Source of the DNA: Selaginella moellendorffii
Lineage: Eukaryota; Plantae; Lycopodiophyta
DNA length: 64,000 nt
Reading direction: 5' to 3'
NCBI RefSeq assembly: GCF_000143415.4
Contig: NW_003314278.1
Location: forward strand, 202,371-266,370
Of this stretch, positions 47,761-59,726 are shown piece by piece (position 1 is the first letter of the stretch; every line of letters starts with the position of its first letter). A program made the position numbers and the translations under genes. The notes under the pieces are model-generated. The model worked only from the letters and a program-made list of their open reading frames with translations. It was not told the origin of the DNA and searched no databases.

Positions 47761-50700
47761 TTAACAGCTAATTTGAGGCCTGCTGCTCGTGCACCTCCTG
47801 GGAACTCCAATCTCGCATGCATTCACCTTGGCTGCAAACCGCAGCGAGCACAGCGACTCATGGAGTGATTTGGAGTCGGGGGAGATATTCACGAACATCA
47901 GCGTCTTCGAGTCGCCACCAAGGCAAGGCTGCGTTTTGATCACACAGTAAGCACTTGCACAAATGTATGCAAGAATTTACCTGGAGAAGATAAGTCAGCT
48001 TTGAGTTTCTATATGGGATGTGAGGGTCTTTGTTTGCAATCGCAAGGATCACGTCTCCGAGGCTAGACAAGCTCTTGTTTATGGCCTGCGCAGATTTGCT
48101 CTTGTTAGAGTGATACTCGCAAACTTGGATTAGCACCTGTGTTTCCTTCAGGCGTTCGCCGGTGGAGCCGCTTTTCGAGAGGCGCTCGCTTCCAGCCAAG
48201 TCGATCAGGTTGAGAACTCCCTGTACCTGTTGCTCAGTATTCTACACACACACAAAGAAAGAAATCATTCTTCGTATCAGTGAAAGCAATGACTACCTCA
48301 TTCGATCCTATGATCCGCAGCGTGAATACACAATGGCTTCGAGAGGACCTGTCGTTCATAGCTGTTTTCCCCACAGTCCTGCCAAAGATACAGTTCGGTC
48401 AGCCTGCTAACGAGAGATTGCCAAACCAAATTTCTTTTACCTGCTTTGTGCAGCTTGCCTCAAAAGGGATGACACCTCTTCCCAGCTGTTAACTTCCACG
48501 ACAGTAAGCTCGGTCACAACGGTATTCCCAGTTGGCTCGTGCTTTATTGCGTGCTGCTTTGCTGGGGTCGTGTCCCCACCCACGCTTTTTAACGGCGCAA
48601 GAAGATCTCTTATGGTTTCATTATAAATCTCAAGAAGTGAAGCCTGGAAAAAGAACGAATAAATCGCTCCACTACGGAAAGAAACAAACTTTGTGCTGAC
48701 CTGCATTTTGAAGCTCCATCCTTGCGAACGAAGTGCTTGGCTGCACTGAAAGATCTGCTCTAAGGACCTGGGAATCACACCCTTCTGGTCCATGTCATCT
48801 GGCTGTCCAATCATAGTGTGTGTCTTGCCCGATCCAGTTTGGCCATACGCAAATATGCAAACCTACAAGGACAAGGTAAACAGAGAATGCCAACAAAAGA
48901 AAAGGTGTTACCTTATAGCCATCCAAGGCGCTTTGAACGAGCTGTGAAATCTCAGTAAACACGTCTCTCTGAGAAACGTCGGGTCCAAAAGTTTTGTCAA
49001 AAGAAAACGAGTATGTTTGGCCTAAAGAAACAGATAAGCAGCTGCATGTATACAGATAAATTTACCTTGAGCCTGGTGTAGCTCAATTCCCTCCTCGCCT
49101 GGATAGCTGATCAGCGTCGATGATTCGTCGTTTTCATCGGGTAAAAGTGGTCTTACTCTACAGAATACACGAATGTTCCCCTTCAGCTCCTGTAACATCA
49201 CTGTTTGCCTTAGGTGATAAAAACAGAAAAGCGCGAACCTGGATGGTGTTATGAAGCTTGCGCCGCAACAACTCTCCCTCACGGAGCTGCTGCTCTGAGT
49301 CAGCAAGTTTGTTCTCAAGGGCTTCAATTTTTGACATATATTCACTGCTCCCAATCCTCTCGAAAGACAATGATTTTTCCGCGACCTGATCCATCAGCTT
49401 AAGTAGATAGAAGCAGCATACATTTTACCTCTAGCATCTCCTTCGACCTGTTGAGTTGTTTTTGAAGGAGTCTGATCTGCTCCGCTTGCTTGTCGTAGCT
49501 TTCCTGAACAAAGGGTTACTATGAAGTACGTAAAAGAACGTCTTAAATACCTCCAACGCTTCTGCCTTGCTCGTGAAGCGCATAATCTCAGCGGCAGATG
49601 TTGAAGTTTTTTCCCTGATTGCTGCATTTTCAGCTGACAATGCCTGAACCTGATGGTAATAGTTGTCCCTTTCTTCTGAAACACGAAGGAGCTCCGCCCG
49701 CAAAAGAGAAAGTTCGTCATTTATTGACTTCATCTTGGCCGTTTCAGCTTGCAAAGCATCCTGCAACAAGCACGTTGAACGCAAAATCTTTAACAATCTT
49801 AAGGGACCTACCTTTGCTGTTTCGAGTTGAGTTTGTAAACCAGCATAATTTCCACGCAACGCGCCTAAGGTTTCCACAATAGCTGCCTTCTCTTTCTGCG
49901 TCTTAGCGTTTTCTTCGGTAGCCAAAGCCGCGTCACTTTGTAGTTTACTGTTATAAAGCTGCAAACTCGTGTTATACTCCTGCAATCGCCTGTTCACGTC
50001 CTGCGCTGTTCCGAGCTGAAAGAACAGAGATTGCTATTTAGCAACAACCAAGGAGTAAGAAATATCTCTAACCTGATGATTACACTGGGCGACTTCTTTT
50101 TGAAGTTTGTCAATCTCTTCATTCAACTTCGTGCGTTCTTCTGAAGCTACTTCCAGCGCCTCCACATCCTTTGCGTGAGCCAGTGAAAGTTCCTGAGTTA
50201 TTGAACATGATGTTAGCCAGAAATCAGCGTGAATTGATTCCAACCTGCTTCTCGGCTTCTAGCTTCTGAAACTGTCCTACAAGTCTATCATATTGTTGCC
50301 GAGCCTCTACGAGTTTAGCCTCCAATTCACCATACTTAGCGGACATCTTTTGCTCTGTTAAAAAGAAAACATCTCAACTTGCTTGCTCTGGAACACAACA
50401 TAAGAGACTTACCTGATTCTTCGTGCCGTTGCTTCTCCTCCTTGATCTGATTCTGGGCCTGTTCCTGCTGCATTACATAGACACTCTCTACTTGTAAAAA
50501 CTGGCGAATGCACGTCCTTAGATTTTTTATGTACTCCATCATTTTCTCGTTCCTTCCCTGACGATCACACGGCAGAAAATAGGTGTGACACCACGAAAGC
50601 GAAGAAAAAAGAGAAGAAAAAAACGTACCTTGAGGTCGAACTTAGATTTCCCAGCCATTTTCGTATTAAGCAAAGCCTCCACTTCGTCACTGGCCATACG

Positions 50701-51002
50701 AGCCACTCCTTCCCATTCCACTTGGCCCGAGCTGACAGTCGATGGCACTGCTGGAACGCTGCTTGCCTGAATGGAAGCGATGGACTCTCTGGGTACATTG
50801 AGGGCCGATAGGGTTTCTCGCGGAGCTCTAGCTGCTGGCTCCCTTGAAATTCCGAGCTTGCGCTTCTTCCCAGCCGGCACATCCGGCTCATTCTCCTTCT
50901 GCAGCACAGCGCCACGATCAGGGAACACGAGAAATTCAAATCGACACATACATTTGACGAATCCCGCTCGCGCAGCCTCGCCGATGGAATCGCCGCCTTC
51001 AT
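47761..51002 (-). CDS. Kinesin-14 (ATK1/ATK5-like, C-terminal motor), multi-exon
   Basis: Neck [62 protein letters not shown]; N-terminal coiled coil. Confidence 0.93.
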
Positions 51003-51356
51003 TCCTCCAATCTTTCAGCTCCCCGCCTCGAGATCAAGATGAAGAGCTCATGGGGAGCGAAGAACACTCGCCTCCTGCTAGGGCGAGAATATTCTTTGAA
51101 CGATACCCTGGTTTTCAAAATTCCAGCGGGAAGGTTGCCGTTGTATGATGGACGGCCAGGAGTTTTTCAATCAATGAACGATCGCGATGGCAGGATAGAT
51201 TCCCAGCGGATAAGTTAAAGATTCCTCTTGAAAAGAGGTTTAGGGTTCCTGGGGCGATGGCGGGGAGCTGGAGGCGATCACGCGCCCGCATTTCGTCGAA
51301 TTGTGGTAGGGATCACGCTGCTGTAGGCTAGAATCTTGTTCGAGAGGTGGATCGTC

Positions 51357-53091
51357 ATGGCTCTTGCGGTAATCTCAGCGTCCTCGTCTTCTCTGCCCGG
51401 CACTGACCTCCTTTCTCCAAGAAAATTGGGGGAGCAGGGCACGCAGCTCGCGATCGGCAGTAGAGCCAGGCGTAGGTCTTTGATCGCCAGCAGGAGCAGA
51501 CCTGCATTCCAATGCTCGTATTCGTCGGCAGCAGCATCCCCGAGCTGGGATCTGGAGTGGGATCGTGATGGGGGTGCTCTGGCGACCTCCAGGTCGGAGT
51601 TTTCGTCGCGCGAGCTCGCAAACAGCAGCAGCGGAACGGGAAATTCCTCTACATCGGTCTCCTGGGAAGGAAACTTGGAGATGGAGAGATTTAACGAGGC
51701 CAAGATCAAAGTCATTGGAGTGGGCGGTGGTGGATCCAATGCCGTCAACCGGATGGTCCAGAGCGAGATGAAAGGCGTGGAGTTTTGGATCGTCAACACG
51801 GACGCACAGGCGATGGCGATGTCGCCGGTTCCAGCGCAAAACAGGCTACAGATTGGACAGAAGCTCACGAGAGGATTGGGTGCTGGTGGAAACCCGGAGA
51901 TTGGCATGAGCGCCGCGGAAGAAAGCAAAGCCATAGTCGAGGAAGCTGTTCGTGGAGCGGACATGGTGTTCGTCACTGTAAGTTGTGTGTTCTTCCTGTG
52001 CTTGCTTGTGCTGATTTCGTCAAGCTTTTCAGGCTGGGATGGGTGGTGGTACTGGCAGTGGAGCGGCTCCAGTGATTGCGGGAGTGGCCAAGGAGCTGGG
52101 AGTGCTCACAGTTGGTATTGTTACCACTCCTTTCTCGTTTGAGGGCCGTCGAAGATCGATACAGGCACAAGAGGCAACGGCTCTGCTGAAGAACAATGTG
52201 GACACTCTGATCACCATTCCAAACGACAAGCTCTTGACTGCCGTGTCCCAGTCCACGCCTGTGACCGAAGCGTTCAACCTTGCGGATGATATCCTGAGGC
52301 AAGGTGTCCGTGGTATTTCGGACATTATAACGGTGATTGAACTTTTCCAAAGTAAAGGTTTCTCGCTAACTTTTGGTTTGTTTTTCAGATCCCTGGACTT
52401 GTGAATGTTGATTTCGCGGATGTTCGTGCCATCATGGCCAATGCTGGGTCGTCGCTCATGGGAATTGGAACTGCCACAGGTGCTGCGTCTTGATGCATTG
52501 CTGTTTTCTTTCTTAGAGCTAGAGACAAACTTACAGGGAAGTCCAGGGCCAGAGACGCCGCTCTGAATGCCATCCAGTCGCCATTACTCGATGTGGGAAT
52601 TGAGCGTGCCACTGGCATTGTATGGAACATCACTGGAGGAACCGATATGACCCTGTTTGAGGTACGCTTTAGTTTTCTTCTTTTTATGTTGCAACCATTT
52701 CATAAACAGGTGAACGCGGCAGCAGAGGTTATATACGATCTTGTAGACCCGAATGCAAATCTTATATTCGGTGCTGTTGTCGACGATTCCTTCAACGGTC
52801 ATGTAAGTTTGCTTGCTTCTCGTTGATGCAACATAGGTATCATAATTCCATCCTTTGACCAGGTGAGCATCACACTTATTGCGACTGGATTCAAGTCGCA
52901 AGAAGAACCAGACGTGCAAGTAAGTTCTTCGCATCTGCTGCTTTCTAGTGTCCTGATATCTCAAGCTTTGGCAGCAACTCACTCGCCCAAGCCCACGTAG
53001 CAAACCTTCCATCGCATCGCCGTTGGGAAACAATGGTGGAGCCACGCTAGAGATTCCTAGCTTCTTGAGGAGACGGGGCCGCACTAGGTAG
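51357..53091 (+). CDS. FtsZ2: Plastid division protein FtsZ2, multi-exon
   Basis: Ser-rich transit peptide; [31 protein letters not shown]; C-terminal core peptide [11 protein letters not shown] diagnostic of FtsZ2. Confidence 0.93.
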
Positions 53092-53288
53092 CAAGCACTG
53101 TACCAAGAAAGAAATAATCTCCACCGCCAAATATATACAGCATCAAACATCTCGTAAGTTCTTCGTTCTCTCTTTAGCGATAGTGTTAAGAGTGATTGTA
53201 TTCTATGCGGGAAAACTACTTTAGAAGATCATGGATCTAGCGATCGTTGGCGTCTACAAAGAAAGAAAGTTAAAACTCGATTGGAAAT

Positions 53289-53987
53289 CTAGACGGAAGT
53301 TGCGTGATCCGTGAGCAATCCCAGATCTAGAGCAGTCTCTCCTTGGACATGAACTTTATCAAAAAGTTCTTCCCACTTGAATCTCAGGACGGTTCCATCG
53401 ATCGCTTGGATCACTTGCGTCTCGGCCGACTTCCTGTCCCGGTAGTACACAACGCAAGGATCTCGCTCGTGCACAACAATCCCCAAAGCAACCTTTGCGC
53501 CGCCTCGCTCGCTAACCAGCACCTCCATATCATCGAAAACAGCCCGTGGATCCTCGTTCTTATACACAACTTGCGCCGCCAAGACCACCTTTCGCTCGCT
53601 GCTATCTTTCTCCAGCACGGAGACATCCACTTGCTGGCAGCGATCGTCGCCAATCTCCATCAATCCCCCCTGAGAGAGCGAGACCTGGCGATTCCTGCCG
53701 AGGAACACGATCCCCAGCCGCTGGAATTCCAGTTGCAGCTTGGCGGAGAGCCAGCACCTTACCTGTTCGTGATGATCCGTGTTATCGGCCTGGATCCACA
53801 GCGATCCAGACTTCCACAGCATGTTTCGCTTGTATGCTCGGGTCTCCATGTACATCTTGAGAAATCTATCCCTGGGCACTCCATCCGTTACAAAAACTGG
53901 CCCTTCGTTGTCCCCAATCCTCTCCAGTGCAGCATCCATGGCATCGATCCACGCTTGGATGTCTGCATCATTCCTGGGTTCTCCCAT
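53289..53987 (-). CDS. Intronless orphan; probable Uma2/PD-(D/E)XK restriction-endonuclease-fold protein
   Basis: 232 aa ORF with its own telo-boxes; motif order G.LWI..HE..G..Q(V)DVS..VLAAQV..LF..LDL.LL. Confidence 0.5.
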   Translation of the reverse strand: MGEPRNDADIQAWIDAMDAALERIGDNEGPVFVTDGVPRDRFLKMYMETRAYKRNMLWKSGSLWIQADNTDHHEQVRCWLSAKLQLEFQRLGIVFLGRNRQVSLSQGGLMEIGDDRCQQVDVSVLEKDSSERKVVLAAQVVYKNEDPRAVFDDMEVLVSERGGAKVALGIVVHERDPCVVYYRDRKSAETQVIQAIDGTVLRFKWEELFDKVHVQGETALDLGLLTDHATSV

Positions 53988-54123
53988 CGTTGGAAAAGGT
54001 TGGTAGATTCCAATCTTGGAAGAACCCTAATCATAAATCATAGTAGACCATATTAGGGTTTTAGATTTAGCTTCAAAAAAGGTGGTGGACAAAAAAGTAC
54101 GTGCCAAAGTTATATTTTCTTCT

Positions 54124-55286
54124 CTAGGACATTCTCTGGGCAGCTTCCTTGGCCATTAGCCTCTCCTTGGCTTTGAGCTTGGCCTGGGACTTGACACCCA
54201 TGACGCCACCGCCCCACTGCTTCCGGAACTCGTCGAAGCGATCGTTGAAGTTGGCCTGTTTGGAGCACGAAGAAGTGGTGATGAGGATCACAGCAAAACG
54301 AGAGAAAAAGATCCAGACCTTGACGCTCTCGACGATCTTGCTGAACTCGTGCTTGTCCTCGTTCTTCACGGATGTGAGGCACAGGCAGGTAGCAGTCTTA
54401 GAGTGAACGATCTGAGACGGAAGAGTGTGAGAAACTGGAGTGCTAGAAACCGGGAGAAGACCACTCACCGCACCGAGCCGAGCCTTGCCCTTGACAATCG
54501 CGTATGGAACGCCCATCTTTCTGCACAGGGCCGGCAGCCAAAGCACGAGCTCGATCGGCTCCACATCATGGGCGATCACAACCAGCTGCGCTTTACCCTG
54601 TGGAGGAAAAAAACGAAGAACGATGTGAAGGGAGGAGTAAAAAACGAGAAAACTCCTACCTGCTCGATGAGGTAAGTTACGTGATTCAGTCCATACTTGA
54701 CGACCAAAGGCTTCTTCGAATCGATCGCCTTTCTCTCTTTCTCAGCCTCGGCTCTCTTGAGCAGCCTCTCCTTCTTGGCGGCCTTGTCCTCGGGCCTGTA
54801 CTTCAGTAGCATCTTAAACAGTGAGGTAGCTGACGACCAAAACAGAAGAACGAAGATCAATCCACGAGAGCTAGAGAAAAGAGGAAGATTGCAGTAAAAT
54901 CTCACCCATATGCTTGTCAAGAGTCTTCGTGAACTGGTTGAGCGTCGGCGGAACCTTCAATCGGAGGTTGAGGACACGCTTCTGCCTCTGGATCCTCACA
55001 TACTTTGGCCATTTGACGAAGCGGTGGAGATCCTTCTTGGGCGGCAGAGCACCACCGATGCCAAATTGCTTCGGTCTCCTGTCGAACAGCGGATTTGAAA
55101 CCTTCTCCGCCTATACAGCCCGAGAAGAAAACCCTCAGCGCCAGCAAAATCACCATCCTCTCGACTCACCTTCTTCTTCTCAGGCGCCGCCGCCACGGCC
55201 GATTTCCCTCCTGCCCGCTTTGGAGCCTGCATTGCCAGCGTAAGAAATGCGAGCTAGGACCGATTCGATCGCACTGAGCTTACCAT
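54124..55286 (-). CDS. RPL7A: 60S ribosomal protein L7a (eL8), multi-exon
   Basis: ATG|GT first exon; [54 protein letters not shown]. Confidence 0.96.
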
Positions 55287-55490
55287 AGGATCGCGCCTCG
55301 CCTACTCGCTCCGACGCCGCTAGGGTTCCTCACTCTCGGCGGCTTAGGGTTCTAGCAAATCTATCAATATCCAACGGCTGCTAGGCCACCACGTGTACTG
55401 CTTTCTGGCATACACGTGGCACGTCGCTTTGCCTGCGTGGCGACCGTTGGCGCGTGATGTGGCCTTCTCGCAGCTCTAAAATCCCGCGCG
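55287..55490. promoter_or_regulatory. Bidirectional promoter RPL7a / orphan with telo-boxes, G-boxes and AACGG motifs
   Basis: TAGGGTT x2, CACGTG at ~55390 and ~55413, TCCAACGGCT at ~55370 in a ~200 bp head-to-head gap. Confidence 0.55.
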
Positions 55491-56155
55491 ATGGCCGGGG
55501 ATGAGAAGAAGGGCGAGGAGCGCAAGCCGGTCATCGCCAACGCGTGGACGACGCGCAACGAGGCAACGTGCAAGCTCGTGAGGGAGCTCTCCATCGTAAG
55601 TCTAGATCTCTCGCCAAAACCCCTGTAAAACCCTGCAGCAGTGATCGTCCGGGAAATCCCCTTCCCGGATCGATCGATCCTCGCGCTTGCAGAATCTCTG
55701 GAAGAAGCACAATGCCGGCTACGTGATCCCCAAGCGGCAACCCATCAGCTTCACGCACGAGAATTTCCAGTACAAGCCAGAACTGGTCATCGCTTCTCCC
55801 CCAATTATCCTAGCTTATTTCTCGCTTTCAATCGATCGATTGGATCAATCATCCGATCCGATCGATCGAAAGCTCTTCTTACCAGTGCGATCCATCGTCT
55901 ATCTTTCAGCTTGACAAGAAATCCTACGAGTTCCACCGGCGGAGGGACAGCTTCACAGAGTACGCCGAGGCTGCCGCGCGTGAAAAGAACATCTTTGGAA
56001 ATAAGAACAAAGCTCCTCCTGCCAAGAAGAAAGGCGGCGGTAGCAGCGGCAAAGGAGCGGCGGGAGCAGCGGCGGTGCCTTCATCATCCAACGCCACTAT
56101 TCCTCCTCCACCACCAGCGGCGGCGCCACCAGCGGCGCCACCACCACCACCATAG
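55491..56155 (+). CDS. Uncharacterised 3-exon protein (~147 aa) with a Pro/Ala-rich tail
   Basis: Two GT-AG introns join MAGDEKK..LVRELSI|NLWKKHNAGY..KPEL|LDKKSYEFHRRRDSFTEYAEAAAR..PPPPP*. Confidence 0.7.
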
Positions 56156-56578
56156 CCAATCTCTCTCTTTCTTTGCGAACAAATAAGATAGATTTAAATA
56201 GCTTTTAAAAATGACAATCAATGTCGATGGCCTCCATGCTCTCTCTCTTTGCGAGCGCTCAAGGGACTGTAAAGATTTCTCTCAATGATCTTCTTTCTCT
56301 CACTCTATCATCTATGATCTATCTCTCTCTACTTACAGCAGCAAGCCAGTAGCTTAGCAGCGCGGCTTCTCCTCTTCTTTTCTTTTGTTCTTCGTTTGAG
56401 CTTTCCTCCTCTCTCGTTCGCGTGTGACGACTTTTCGAGCGTTGTCTGTCACCACTGTCGCAAACATTACCGTTAAAAAGGAATGCTCTCAAACGTCTTT
56501 CGATCTAACAAAAAAAATCCAGAGAGAGAGTTACCTCACTTGTGTGACTGGGGGAGCTTTCCTTCCTTTAACTTAGCC

Positions 56579-58139
56579 TCATTGCGGGAGCAGCAGTAGC
56601 GATTTCGGGGGCGTCAATGCGGCCACCGTCCCAAACTTCGTGTGCAAGTACTTCCTTCCCACCACGGACAAGTGCTCCTCGGGAGTCTTGGAGACTTTCT
56701 GGTGGAAGCGTGCCATATGCGTGGCGCATTCCCTGTAGTAAGTAACAAACAGAGAACCACTTCTAAGAACTCGAAAAAGAGAGAGACACCGGCAGGGCGA
56801 AGAGAAGTACCTGATTTGATCCTCTGTGTAGCCCGAGTGGCGCTGGAGCGCTGAGGTCCAGGCCGGGGATTTCTCCAGGCAGCATTGAGCCGCGTACACG
56901 GCAGCGGCAGCTAGCATCGATGGAGGGTACTTGAGCATCACGTACTCCGTAAGGCAGAGCTCCACAAAGAAGAAGGCGAGCAAGTTCATCTGTTCATTGC
57001 AAGTGAGCCAGAGCTTTCGAGTTTGCCTGGAAGAAAGACCAATTCACCTGTCGGTCGGAGGCAGCTGCTTTGAGAAATCGCACCACGAATACGTAAGGCG
57101 TCGGGACAGTCAGGTTGAAACGCAGCGTGTTGAGCATCTTCTTTTCCTGAGATGAAGAACAAGAAAAGAAGAAAAGAAGAGTTCAGGAAGCAGATCTAAA
57201 GCCAAATTCTCGAGTACGTACCATGGACAGTAATTGATCATCGGTGTAGGCATCATCGGAAATAAATACAAAGTCGCCAACCACAGGGGCCCAGACTTCC
57301 TCGTACTTGGCCGCGATAAGCATCGAAGTCACTCCGACGAGCTGGAGATACTTTCTCGAGACTTGCTGTAGCGAGAGGTAGCGGTCGATGATGTTGATCG
57401 TGAGGTAGAGTGTTTCCGGCATGAGCTTAAACTTGAGATGGACCTGCGAAGAACAAGAAAAGCCATCACGCCATGAGATCTCTATCACAGTTCTATCACA
57501 ACAAAGAAGAACAAAGAACGAGAGAGTAGAGTTTTCACACACCTCGATCAACCAGTCGACGAGTATCGCGCGCATCTTATCGTTGATCTCCGGTTGCTGC
57601 TTCATATACTCGGGCGCCGCACAGCTCTGTACCTCGGCCTTGCGATAGAAGCTATAGATATCCTCGACGTAGTCCGTGACCGCCAATTGATTCCCCACGT
57701 CGTGCTCGTCGATGTTTGGAAGAGGCTCCTCGGCGACGGGCGTAGAGGTAGCGTCCACCATCTCCGCGTCGAATCCGCATGCTGCCTGCCAAGGAAAAAC
57801 GAGGAATCGATCAAGCATTGATCCAGCAAAACCACGAAGGAAAAAATTCCAGTGCAGAAAGGAAACGAAGAAGATCCATGGAAGGAAACGATGCGACAAA
57901 GGAAATTAGCATACCTCGCTACGAGCAGTGAGCTGCGCTGTGAGCGTCGGCTCCTTTTCCTTCCGGATAGGCAGCGTCGGGACCGGGGGCTTCACTGCCG
58001 CGGCGCCGGCGCCAGCGGCCTTGATTGCTTGCGCCCGGCGCCTGGTGAGCGGCGGCTTGCTCAGCTCCGCGCCTTGCTGCGGCGGAGGCCGCACGAGATT
58101 GCCGATGTCGCCAAGAGCTCGCCGGCTTCGCGTCTGCAT
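56579..58139 (-). CDS. CYCB: B-type mitotic cyclin, multi-exon
   Basis: D-box [51 protein letters not shown]. Confidence 0.94.
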
Positions 58140-58249
58140 CTTCTTTGCCTGATCGATCGATGGATGGGAGCCCTGGCTATGGCGAGAGAGAGAGAGAGAA
58201 ACGAGGAGGAGCCCTAGAACACACACAATAGAATTATAAGCTCGGACCA

Positions 58250-58285
58250 CTGTGAACGGCCACAAGTAAATTGTAGCCGTTGCCG
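58250..58285. promoter_or_regulatory. MSA-like (AACGG) elements in the cyclin B promoter
   Basis: gaacggcc at ~58254 and tagccgttg at ~58274, close to a TATA-like ttataa; MSA/MYB3R control of CYCB is established. Confidence 0.55.
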
Positions 58286-58516
58286 GGAGAATATTCATCT
58301 ACGGCACTCTGACGAAATGTTCCTTCCAGTGACAGAATATGCCAGTATGGGTTGCTTTACATGGTTAAGAAAGATATAGGAAAGACCATCACGATAAAGC
58401 TTTGTACAGGAGGAATAGCGCCAAGAATTATTCAACAGTCTATCTATCTTGTGAGTCGTTTGATCCCAAAGAATTTTTCTTTTTTCTCTCTTGGTTGATA
58501 GCTTGATCTTTCGTTT

Positions 58517-59544
<1,028 letters not shown>

Positions 59545-59726
59545 CTAGCTCCCGGATCTTCCTTCTTTTCTAAAAACCTAATGGCTAGCCCTAAAACGCC
59601 AGTGACACTATATATACGCTTACGTGTACTTTAAATAAAAATTCTGACTCACGCCGCGTAGACACGTGTCAGACATGTCTTGACGTGTCGCTGTCCTAAG
59701 ACAATACCGTTGAATATGCCTTAGAG

